A stretch of DNA of 33,369 nucleotides, taken from positions 1 to 33,369 of the forward strand of contig CAYTLG010000002.1 of the NCBI GenBank assembly GCA_964438725.1. Direction: 5' to 3'. The notes below the pieces were generated by a model. It made no database searches. It was not told the origin of the DNA and saw only the letters and a program-made list of their open reading frames with translations. The translations under genes and the position numbers were made by a program. Position 1 is the first letter of the stretch. Every line of letters starts with the position of its first letter. This DNA comes from an uncultured Ruminococcus sp. (GTDB taxonomy: Bacteria; Bacillota; Clostridia; Oscillospirales; CAG-272). Shown one piece after another: positions 17,392 through 24,889 of this stretch.

Positions 17392-18051
17392 TTAAAGAGC
17401 CTTTAAGAAACCGAGTATTCTTGCTGTAAGAAGCTCGTGACCTGCATCGTTCGGGTGAAGTCCATCGGGAATGAAGCGTTCACGAATGATGTCAACCTTA
17501 GGCTGGATTCCGCTTACCTTGTGAAGGTCGAGTACGGGGATGGAGTAATATTCCGCAACTTCACGGATTATATCAACGTAGGTGTTAAGAGTAGCTACGT
17601 TATATGCCTTGTAGCCGTCACCCTTCATGTTGTCCTCGTTGAGTCTGTGAATGGGGGTCATGAAGAAGATAGTCTTGCCGGGGAAGCGTTCAAGAAGTCT
17701 TGTCATGAGATAATGGCAGGCTCCGTAGAAGGTATGTACATCACGGTCGTTGAATGTTCCGAGAGGTGCGTCTCCGTGACCGAAGTCGTTTGTGCCGCCG
17801 AATACACCGATGATGTCTGCGTCCTCGTCAAGCTCTTCTACTCTTGCACAGAAGTCATTGTCCCATACAGCATTGCCGGAGGTGCCAATCTGACGTGCGA
17901 TTCTTGTACCGCCGATGCCGTAGTTTTTGGATTCTCTGAAACCGCCTTCTTTGCCGACAAGTGTTACAAAGTGATGTTCAACACCGCTTGTTCCGTGACC
18001 CTCGGTAATGCTGTCGCCGAGAAATACAATCTTTTTTCCCTGAAGTTCCAT
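17392..18051 (-). CDS. SGNH/GDSL family hydrolase
   Basis: 219 aa with all SGNH blocks: FLGDSITEG (I), GIGG (II), GGTND (III), DGLHPN (V). Confidence 0.88.
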   Translation of the reverse strand: MELQGKKIVFLGDSITEGHGTSGVEHHFVTLVGKEGGFRESKNYGIGGTRIARQIGTSGNAVWDNDFCARVEELDEDADIIGVFGGTNDFGHGDAPLGTFNDRDVHTFYGACHYLMTRLLERFPGKTIFFMTPIHRLNEDNMKGDGYKAYNVATLNTYVDIIREVAEYYSIPVLDLHKVSGIQPKVDIIRERFIPDGLHPNDAGHELLTARILGFLKAL

Positions 18052-18092
18052 TTCGTATGCCTGCTTTCATTAAAATGTTTTGATTTACTCCG

Positions 18093-18121
18093 ATTTTAAC
18101 ACAATGTATAACTAAAGTCAA
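18093..18121 (-). promoter_or_regulatory. sigma-A type promoter for the SGNH hydrolase gene
   Basis: On the reverse strand: TTGACT, 17 nt, TAAAAT, with TG-n at the extended -10 position. Confidence 0.55.
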
Positions 18122-18158
18122 GTAAATCTGGATATTTAGAGCAAAATAGAAAATTCTC

Positions 18159-18187
18159 TTGCTAAGGTTGGGTTTATATGATATAAT
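18159..18187 (+). promoter_or_regulatory. sigma-A type promoter for the M42 peptidase gene
   Basis: TTGCTA (18159-18164), 17 nt, TATAAT (18182-18187), preceded by TG-n. AAAGGTGA RBS before the ATG at 18219. Confidence 0.6.
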
Positions 18188-18218
18188 CGTTGTATTGAAA
18201 ATCGAAAGGTGACGTATC

Positions 18219-19256
18219 ATGGAAAGAAAATATGCAGAATATGCAACCCAAAAGGCAGTTGAACTTCTCGGTATCGACAGCCCCACGGGATATACAAAAA
18301 AAGCAGCTGAATGGGTAAAGAATGAGTTTGAAGCTCTCGGCTTTGAGGCGAAGATTACAGTAAAGGGCGGAGTTGTAGTTGACCTTGGCGGAGAAGATGA
18401 AAATGATGCACTTCTTCTTGAGGCTCACACAGATACTCTTGGTTGCATGGTAGCTGAGGTAAAGGGTTCCGGCAGACTCAGACTTACAAACCTCGGTGGT
18501 ATGAGAGCAGAAAACGCTGAAACCGAAAACGTAAAGGTATACACAAGAGACGGCAAGGTTTATGGAGGTACACTCCAACTTTGCAATGCCTCTGTACACG
18601 TTAATGGCAGCTACGGTGATACAAAGAGAAGCTGGAACACAACAGAAGTCCTTCTTGATGAACTTGTAAATTCCGCAGCCGATACAAGAGCTCTCGGAAT
18701 TGAAGTCGGCGATATAGTAGCATTCAACCCCAGAACAATCGTTACAGAAAGCGGGTATATCAAGAGCAGATTCCTTGACGATAAGCTTTCCGTAGGTATT
18801 CTTCTCGGCTTTGCACATTATATAAAGGAAGAAAACATTACTCTCAAGAGACGTACATACCTTCATATCACAGTGTATGAGGAAGTAGGACACGGCGGAG
18901 CAGGTTCGGTTCCCGCAGGAGTTACAGAAGCTATCTCGGTAGATATGGGATGCGTAGGTGACGGACTTTCCTGCACCGAAAGACAGGTATCCATCTGTGT
19001 AAAGGATTCAGGCGGCCCTTACTCATATGAGGTCGTAGGAAAGCTCATTGAAGCAGCAAAGCGTAAGGAAGCCGACTATGCTGTTGACGTTTATCCTTAC
19101 TATGGCTCCGACGTAGAAGCTACACTCAACGCAGGTAACGATATCCGTCATGGACTTATCGGTGCGGGTGTTTATGCAAGCCACGGCTACGAGCGTTCTC
19201 ATATAGACGGTGTTCATAACACTCTCAAGGTTCTCGAAGGCTATCTCGAAATATAA
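18219..19256 (+). CDS. M42 family metallo-aminopeptidase
   Basis: 345 aa. Metal ligand pattern EAHTDTLG, RFLDDKLS, YEEVGHGGA, SVDMG, ASHGYE, typical of the M42 (FrvX/PepA-like) family. Confidence 0.85.
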   Translation: MERKYAEYATQKAVELLGIDSPTGYTKKAAEWVKNEFEALGFEAKITVKGGVVVDLGGEDENDALLLEAHTDTLGCMVAEVKGSGRLRLTNLGGMRAENAETENVKVYTRDGKVYGGTLQLCNASVHVNGSYGDTKRSWNTTEVLLDELVNSAADTRALGIEVGDIVAFNPRTIVTESGYIKSRFLDDKLSVGILLGFAHYIKEENITLKRRTYLHITVYEEVGHGGAGSVPAGVTEAISVDMGCVGDGLSCTERQVSICVKDSGGPYSYEVVGKLIEAAKRKEADYAVDVYPYYGSDVEATLNAGNDIRHGLIGAGVYASHGYERSHIDGVHNTLKVLEGYLEI

Positions 19257-19265
19257 TTGAAACCG

Positions 19266-19307
19266 GCAGGGCGTGAATGGATTAATTTTCATTTCGACCT
19301 GCTTTTT
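19266..19307 (+). terminator. probable intrinsic terminator after the M42 gene
   Basis: Imperfect hairpin (GCAGG/CCTGC base, inner CG/CG and GAATG/CATTT pairs with one mismatch and one bulge) followed by TTTTT. Confidence 0.5.
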
Positions 19308-19310
19308 CTG

Positions 19311-19339
19311 TTGCACTGATGCTCTGTATATGCTACAAT
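19311..19339 (+). promoter_or_regulatory. sigma-A type promoter for the orphan ATPase gene
   Basis: TTGCAC (19311-19316), 17 nt, TACAAT (19334-19339), preceded by TG-n. Confidence 0.55.
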
Positions 19340-19368
19340 AAATCTAAGCTATAATAGGGGTGGATGTT

Positions 19369-20280
19369 ATGATATATCTTTCTAATTTTTCTCTCCCGAC
19401 AAGAAAAAAAGAGGATTTATTCTTTGATTCTATAAGAAATCCTAACTTTAAGACTAAGAACTATCGCACCGTGTATTCTTCCAAATATCCCTTTGACCTT
19501 TTCCGTGACCGTGAGCTTCCCACATTTGAGTTTTCCGATATAACGATATTCTGCGGCAATAACGGCAGCGGAAAAAGCACAATTCTTAACGTAATTTCCG
19601 AGACACTTGAGCTGAAGAGGGGAACAGTATTCAACAGAAGCGACTTCTTTGAGGATTATCTTGAGCTTTGCGGATATGAATATGCCAATAAATCAATGAA
19701 AGCTCCACCGAGAGACAGTATGATAATCACAAGTGACGACGTGTTCGAGAGGGTTCTCGCAACAAGACGACTTAACGATGGCATAGACGACCGCAGAAAT
19801 GAGCTTATTTCCGAGTATATCACTGCAAGAGACCCAAATCTTGTAAATCAGCTTAACGGACTTGATGATTACGAAAGATGGTCGAAAACAGCCGCACTAC
19901 GCAAAAAAAGACTTACGCAATCCTCGTATATCAGACAAAATCTCATGGGGAACGTGCAGGAAAGGTCGAACGGCGAGTCAGCCCTTGCATATTTTGTCGA
20001 GATGATGCAGGATAATGCACTTTATCTGCTCGATGAGCCTGAAAACAGCCTGTCTCCGCAAAATCAGTTGCAGCTCAAGTATTTTATAGAGGACAGCGTT
20101 AGAAATCACGGCTGTCAGTTCATTATATCAACGCATTCTCCGTTCATTCTTTCGCTGAGACGTGCAAAGATATACGACCTCGATATGATACCGCCGATGG
20201 AGACACCGTGGACTGAGATTGAAAACGTGCGAACCTACTTTGAGTTTTTTGAAGAATATCGTGATGACTTTGCAGAGTAA
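19369..20280 (+). CDS. stand-alone ABC-fold / AAA_21-like ATPase, function unknown
   Basis: Walker A GNNGSGKST, signature-like SNGES, Walker B LYLLDEPENSLSP, H-loop ISTHSP. No TM domain and no adjacent partner gene. I prefer ATG 19369 (AGGGGTGGA RBS) over the track GTG at 19360. Confidence 0.8.
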   Translation: MIYLSNFSLPTRKKEDLFFDSIRNPNFKTKNYRTVYSSKYPFDLFRDRELPTFEFSDITIFCGNNGSGKSTILNVISETLELKRGTVFNRSDFFEDYLELCGYEYANKSMKAPPRDSMIITSDDVFERVLATRRLNDGIDDRRNELISEYITARDPNLVNQLNGLDDYERWSKTAALRKKRLTQSSYIRQNLMGNVQERSNGESALAYFVEMMQDNALYLLDEPENSLSPQNQLQLKYFIEDSVRNHGCQFIISTHSPFILSLRRAKIYDLDMIPPMETPWTEIENVRTYFEFFEEYRDDFAE

Positions 20281-20305
20281 AACATATCTTTTTTAACATA
20301 ATCTA

Positions 20306-20334
20306 TTGAAAAACTAGCGATACTGTTGTATAAT
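20306..20334 (+). promoter_or_regulatory. sigma-A type promoter for the oxidoreductase gene
   Basis: TTGAAA (20306-20311), 17 nt, TATAAT (20329-20334). GGAGG RBS before the ATG at 20368. Confidence 0.6.
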
Positions 20335-20367
20335 TAGTTATATCAAATACCCGAACGGAGGTAAATC

Positions 20368-21531
20368 ATGGAGAAAGTAAGATTCGGTGTGGTCGGTCTC
20401 GGTAATATGGGTTCAAGCCACACAAAAAATCTCTTTAATGGAGATATCCCCGGTGCTGAGCTTACGGCTGTGTGCGATATTAAGCCTGAAAGACTCGACT
20501 GGGCAAGAGGTGTTTGCGGAGACAAGGTTGCATACTTCGCAGATTCACACGAAATGATAACAAGCGGACTTGTTGATGCGGTAATGATAGCAACTCCGCA
20601 CTATTTCCACCCCATTATCGGTACGGATGCATTTGAAAACGGACTTCACGTTCTTTCCGAAAAACCGATTGGCGTTTACACAAAGAGCATTTATCCCTTT
20701 ATGGAAGCTGCTAAAAAGAGTGGCAAGGTGTTCGGTATTATGTACAACCAGCGTACAAACAAGCTCTATCAGAAGATGCGTGAGATGGTACAGAACGGTA
20801 CACTCGGCGAGCTGAAGAGATGCGTATGGATAATCACCGACTGGTACAGAACACAGGCTTACTACAACAGCGGCGGATGGAGAGCTACATGGGCAGGTGA
20901 AGGCGGCGGCGTACTTCTTAACCAGTGCCCGCACAACCTTGACCTTTGGCAGTGGATATTCGGTATGCCTTCTTCAATCTATGCGAACTGTGAATACGGT
21001 AAGTATCACGACATCGAAGTAGAAGACGACGTTACCGCTATGGCTAAGTATCCGAACGGTGCAACAGGTGTGTTCATTACAACCACAGGCGAATATCCCG
21101 GAACCAACAGACTTGAAATAACCGGTTCAAAGGGTAAACTCGTTTATGAATCCGGCAGACTTACATATACAAAGCTCGATGTTGACGAAAGAGAATTCAC
21201 ATTCTCAACGACCGAAGGCTTTGCTTCTATCGGAAAGACAACCGAGGAAATCGTTATCGAAAACGGCGGTGGAGAACAGCACGTCGGAATCCTCAAGAAC
21301 TTCACAAACCACATACTCTATGGCGAAGAGCTTCTTGCTCCCGGATATGAGGGTATAAACGGTCTTTCTCTTTCCAATGCTATGATGCTTTCATCATGGA
21401 CAGGAAAATGGGTAGATCTCCCGAACGACGGTGAAGAATTCTGGTCACATCTCCAGGAAAAAATCAAGACCTCTCGCAGAAAAGAGGACAGCGGTGTTGT
21501 CTTTGACACAGAAGGAACCTATGGCAAATAA
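20368..21531 (+). CDS. Gfo/Idh/MocA family NAD(P)-dependent oxidoreductase
   Basis: 387 aa. N-terminal Rossmann motif RFGVVGLGNMGSSH, the family EKP motif (VLSEKPIG), and a C-terminal alpha/beta domain. Confidence 0.85.
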   Translation: MEKVRFGVVGLGNMGSSHTKNLFNGDIPGAELTAVCDIKPERLDWARGVCGDKVAYFADSHEMITSGLVDAVMIATPHYFHPIIGTDAFENGLHVLSEKPIGVYTKSIYPFMEAAKKSGKVFGIMYNQRTNKLYQKMREMVQNGTLGELKRCVWIITDWYRTQAYYNSGGWRATWAGEGGGVLLNQCPHNLDLWQWIFGMPSSIYANCEYGKYHDIEVEDDVTAMAKYPNGATGVFITTTGEYPGTNRLEITGSKGKLVYESGRLTYTKLDVDEREFTFSTTEGFASIGKTTEEIVIENGGGEQHVGILKNFTNHILYGEELLAPGYEGINGLSLSNAMMLSSWTGKWVDLPNDGEEFWSHLQEKIKTSRRKEDSGVVFDTEGTYGK

Positions 21532-21653
21532 TGCCGCAAATACGACTGACATGACGTGAGTGAATATTACGTATATTTTATGTAATATTGGCGATATATG
21601 TATGTTTATTCAAAGGTTTAGTTGTAAAATTTTAAAATAATGTTGATATTTGG

Positions 21654-21682
21654 TTGACAATGGCGGTTTTTTGTGTTATAAC
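21654..21682 (+). promoter_or_regulatory. strong sigma-A type promoter for the LamG-like gene
   Basis: Consensus TTGACA (21654-21659), 17 nt, TATAAC (21677-21682), preceded by TG-n (extended -10). Confidence 0.65.
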
Positions 21683-21729
21683 AATATGTAGCACAAAATC
21701 GTAGCTCAAAAAATGAAAGGAATTTTATC

Positions 21730-22719
21730 ATGAAGAAAATCTTTGCTCTTCTTCTCGCCGGTCTCACAGCATTCTCAACACTCGCTGTTGCTGCTGCCGC
21801 AGAAGACACAACTTCCGTTGTAACAGACGGTCTCGCTGCTTACTATGACGCATCCAACAACACAGGTGCAGGTCAGGATAAGGAAGCTACAACATGGAAG
21901 GACGTTTCCGGTAACGGTATCGACTTCGAAATCGACCTCGACGAAAACAACTACTGGACAGACAACGCTTACCACGTAAATTCCGCTTTCTGCTTCTTCG
22001 ACGATTCTCTTGTAGACGTAGTTAACGGTAACAAGTTCACTGTTGAAATCACTGTTGGTGACTTCCAGGGTCTCGGTACTTCGTTCAACACACTTCTCAA
22101 CTCCTCTAACGACAACTTCTCTCTCTTCCTCCGTACATCAGGTGACTACATTGAATTCAAGAACTCCAGCAACTCCAGACCTAAGGTTGAAGGCGGTGCT
22201 GAACTCGTTAAGAACTCCACTGTAACCATCACATTCGACCTCGATGAAGCTGAATGCAACCTCTACGTTGACGGCGAACTCATCGACCAGCAGTTCCCCG
22301 TATCCGCTATCGGTGCAGACACATTCTTCCTTGGTCACCCCGAAGACTCACGTAACTGGACAGGTGACGTTCACAGCGTTCGTTACTACACTGTAGCTCT
22401 TACAGCTGATCAGGTTGCTCAGAACGTAGCTGCTGACCAGGCTAAGTACTTCGGTGATGCTGCTGAAGCTCCCGTTGCAGAAACAGAAGCTGTTGCTGAA
22501 GAAACAGTTGCAGAAACAGAAGCTGCTGTAGAAGAAACTGTTGCAGAAACAGAAGCTGCTGTAGAAGAAACAGTTGCTGAAACAGTTGCAGAAACAGAAG
22601 CTCCTGCTGAAGAAACTGTTGAAGCTGAAGCTCCTCAGACATTCGACTTTGGTGTAGTTGCTGCTGTTGCCGCTATCGTATCCGCTGCTGGTTACGCTGT
22701 TTCCAAGAAGTCCAAGTAA
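21730..22719 (+). CDS. secreted LamG/concanavalin-A-like lectin-fold protein with acidic repeat stalk and C-terminal TM anchor
   Basis: Signal peptide MKKIFALLLAGLTAFSTLAVAAAA. LamG_3-style segments (TWKDVSGNGIDFEI..., WTGDVHSVRYYTVALTADQV). Then an 11-aa AETEAAVEETV repeat, a hydrophobic helix and a KKSK tail. Codon usage resembles rpsT. Confidence 0.8.
   Translation: MKKIFALLLAGLTAFSTLAVAAAAEDTTSVVTDGLAAYYDASNNTGAGQDKEATTWKDVSGNGIDFEIDLDENNYWTDNAYHVNSAFCFFDDSLVDVVNGNKFTVEITVGDFQGLGTSFNTLLNSSNDNFSLFLRTSGDYIEFKNSSNSRPKVEGGAELVKNSTVTITFDLDEAECNLYVDGELIDQQFPVSAIGADTFFLGHPEDSRNWTGDVHSVRYYTVALTADQVAQNVAADQAKYFGDAAEAPVAETEAVAEETVAETEAAVEETVAETEAAVEETVAETVAETEAPAEETVEAEAPQTFDFGVVAAVAAIVSAAGYAVSKKSK
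22477..22620 (+). repeat. in-frame 33-nt tandem repeat (4 copies plus one 12-nt partial unit)
   Basis: Copies at 22477-22509, 22510-22542, 22543-22575 and 22588-22620, with a 12-nt partial unit at 22576-22587. Copies 2 and 3 differ at a single synonymous base. Each encodes AETEA(A/V/P)(V/A)EETV. Confidence 0.9.
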
Positions 22720-22747
22720 TTTAAAATTACATATGATTTAGTAAATT

Positions 22748-22783
22748 CGAGAGGTGGCGATAACTCGTCATCTCTCGTTTTTT
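22748..22783 (+). terminator. intrinsic terminator between the LamG-like and GDPD genes
   Basis: Stem CGAGAGGTG / CATCTCTCG (one G-U pair), 12-nt loop, then TTTTTT. It ends 11 nt before the GDPD ATG. Confidence 0.7.
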
Positions 22784-22794
22784 ATGAGGTATAC

Positions 22795-24822
22795 ATGAAA
22801 TCAATCAGAAAAATTCTCTCAGCAACACTTGCAGCTATCATGATGGCAACACTTGCCGTTTCTGCTTCTGCTGCCGAAGAGATAAAAATTCCCGCTGCTC
22901 TTGAATCAAACGTATTTACAGCACCCACTCTCGTAACTGAGATAGGCACACAGGAACAGCTTGATGCAATCGCAACTACCGTTCCCGATACCGCAATATT
23001 TAAGGTAAATGATGAAGGTAAGGCTGTCCTCAATGACGGTACTGTTCTCGGTACTGCCACAGAGGTAAACGCACTTGTCGGAAATACAATTCCCGCATTT
23101 GAGGTATCAACCGCAGAAGCCCTCAATGCTGTTGTAGCTGACCTCAACGGCTCATCTCTCAAGGATTTCTTCATCGTTTCCGAAAACACAGAGCTTCTTC
23201 ACACCGCTATTGACAGCTATATCTGGTGCAGAACTGTCCTCCGTGTAAACGATTCCTATAAGAACGAAGATGGTTCCTACGACCTCATGAAGATTCGTGG
23301 GGATGCAAACTCAGTCGGATGCCATGTTGTAATTCTTCCTGCCGAGATATCAGACCGTTATAATGCTGACTATCTTGAAAGACGTCTTATCGGCGTATGG
23401 ACAACAGCTCCCGATACCGAATACGGCAATATGTCTGCTATACTTTCAGGCGGTAACGGTATTATTACCTCCGATATCAGCGGTGCAAAGGCTGCTCTTG
23501 TAAATAACTTTGAGAAGAATACCATGACTCGTCAGATATACATCATTGGACACCGTGGTATGCCCGGTTTATACCCCGAAAACACAATCGAAGGATCTGT
23601 ACTCGCTATCGAAGCAGGTGCGGATACCGTTGAAAACGACATCTACATCACAAAGGATGGCGTTATCGTTATCATGCACGACGGCGACATCAGCCGTACT
23701 ACAAACGGTGCCGGCAACATCGAGGACTTTACACTCGAACAGCTCAAGAATTATTATGTAGATACAATGCCTGAGTACACTGAATGGAAGATTCCCACAC
23801 TTGAAGAATATTTCGTTGAGTGGAAAAAGATGGATACATCAAAGCAGCTGTTTGTTGAGATAAAGTCAGGCAAAGCAGAGCTTATCGACGAGTTCATTCG
23901 CCTTGTAAATGAATACGAAATCGCAGACCAGGTCAGTGTTATCACATTCTCTCAGGATCAGATTAAGCGTCTTCATGCTGCGTTCCCTGAAATGTCTATC
24001 GGATTCCTCACAAGCGGTATCATCAATGACAGCGAACAGTCAACATTCAAGACCATAATTCGCTCCGTACAGAAGCTCGAAACAACCTTCAACCACAACT
24101 ACGATGGCGTAGATGCTGACTATGTACGTACACTTAACGCTCACGGTATCACACACTGGCCGTGGACATACAACGATCAGGGTACATTTATGAAGCAGTT
24201 CCTCACAGGTATCAACGGTATGACTACAAACTATTCATACTGGGTAAGTGATACAGCGAAGTATTGTTTCGTAGGTGACGGACTTACCACTACTGAGATT
24301 CAGATAGGTGCAGGTCAGACTCTTACAGAAGTATTCAGCACAATGACATACAACGGTACAGTAGGCAATGATGCTGAAATTCACATCGTATCAGGTGGCG
24401 ATAACCTTACAGCTGACGGAAACAGCCTTACCGGTACTAATGTTGGTGAAGCGTATGTTTATGCAACCTACAAGACCAACGTGATAAACAAGCCTATCCG
24501 TGCGACAAGCGGACTTATCAAGGTAAATGTTACCGAAGAATTTGTTGAAGTTGCTCCCAAGGTTGAAGAAACAGAGGCTGAAACTGTTGCTGAAACCGAA
24601 GCAGAGACTGTCGCAGAAACAGTGGCTGAAACTGAGGCAGAAACCGCAGCTGAGACTGTAAATGAGACAGTAGCTGAAACAGCGGCTGAATCTGCCAATG
24701 AAAACACAAACAATACCGAAAAGAAGAGCAATACTCCCGTAGTTGTTGCCGTTCTTGCGGTAATCGTTGTTGCAGCAGGTGTTTGTGTCGCTCTTGCATT
24801 CAAGTTCAAGAAGAAAAACTAA
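22795..24822 (+). CDS. secreted multidomain glycerophosphodiester phosphodiesterase (GDPD) with acidic repeat stalk and C-terminal TM anchor
   Basis: Signal peptide ...ATLAVSASA. An unassigned N-terminal region of about 230 aa. GDPD motifs IIGHRGMPGLYPENTIEG and VENDIYITKDGVIVIMHD. An Ig-like segment, an (A/V)ET(E/V/A) repeat stalk, a TM helix and a KFKKKN tail. Confidence 0.85.
   Translation: MKSIRKILSATLAAIMMATLAVSASAAEEIKIPAALESNVFTAPTLVTEIGTQEQLDAIATTVPDTAIFKVNDEGKAVLNDGTVLGTATEVNALVGNTIPAFEVSTAEALNAVVADLNGSSLKDFFIVSENTELLHTAIDSYIWCRTVLRVNDSYKNEDGSYDLMKIRGDANSVGCHVVILPAEISDRYNADYLERRLIGVWTTAPDTEYGNMSAILSGGNGIITSDISGAKAALVNNFEKNTMTRQIYIIGHRGMPGLYPENTIEGSVLAIEAGADTVENDIYITKDGVIVIMHDGDISRTTNGAGNIEDFTLEQLKNYYVDTMPEYTEWKIPTLEEYFVEWKKMDTSKQLFVEIKSGKAELIDEFIRLVNEYEIADQVSVITFSQDQIKRLHAAFPEMSIGFLTSGIINDSEQSTFKTIIRSVQKLETTFNHNYDGVDADYVRTLNAHGITHWPWTYNDQGTFMKQFLTGINGMTTNYSYWVSDTAKYCFVGDGLTTTEIQIGAGQTLTEVFSTMTYNGTVGNDAEIHIVSGGDNLTADGNSLTGTNVGEAYVYATYKTNVINKPIRATSGLIKVNVTEEFVEVAPKVEETEAETVAETEAETVAETVAETEAETAAETVNETVAETAAESANENTNNTEKKSNTPVVVAVLAVIVVAAGVCVALAFKFKKKN
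24565..24696 (+). repeat. degenerate 12-nt-periodic coding repeat (AET-x units)
   Basis: Encodes EETEAETVAETEAETVAETVAETEAETAAETVNETVAETAAES. Synonymous codons vary between units, unlike the near-identical repeat in the upstream gene. Confidence 0.8.
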
Positions 24823-24834
24823 TTAAGACATAAC

Positions 24835-24886
24835 AAAAGATGGCAATGCGTCAGGTTGGTTCCTGATACATAGCCATCTTTTTTTG
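24835..24886. terminator. bidirectional intrinsic terminator (GDPD / aldo-keto reductase convergent)
   Basis: Outer stem AAAGATGGC / GCCATCTTT, inner TCAGG / CCTGA, followed by TTTTTT. T-rich on the reverse strand too. Confidence 0.75.
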
Positions 24887-24889
24887 TTG

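Noticed and set aside
17437-18099. 220-aa plus-strand ORF covering the whole SGNH hydrolase gene in antisense
   Set aside because: Its triplets share codon boundaries with the minus-strand gene (both coordinates are 1 mod 3). It therefore stays open simply because the real gene avoids TTA, CTA and TCA codons. The minus-strand product has all SGNH blocks. The plus-strand product is Cys/Val-rich with no RBS.
18174-18893. 239-aa minus-strand ORF antisense to the M42 peptidase gene
   Set aside because: It is also a codon-aligned shadow ORF (both frames are 0 mod 3). The product is Cys/Phe-rich and low in complexity. It starts inside the M42 promoter region with no RBS. The plus-strand product has the full M42 metal-ligand pattern.
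22442-22642. Periodic repeats that could be mistaken for a CRISPR-like or satellite array, plus the antisense ORFs 22442-22642 and 24468-24809
   Set aside because: The periodicity is 33 nt or 12 nt, in frame, and encodes AETEA-type peptide repeats inside genes with signal peptides and anchors. There are no unique spacers and no cas genes. The antisense ORFs are artefacts of the repeat.
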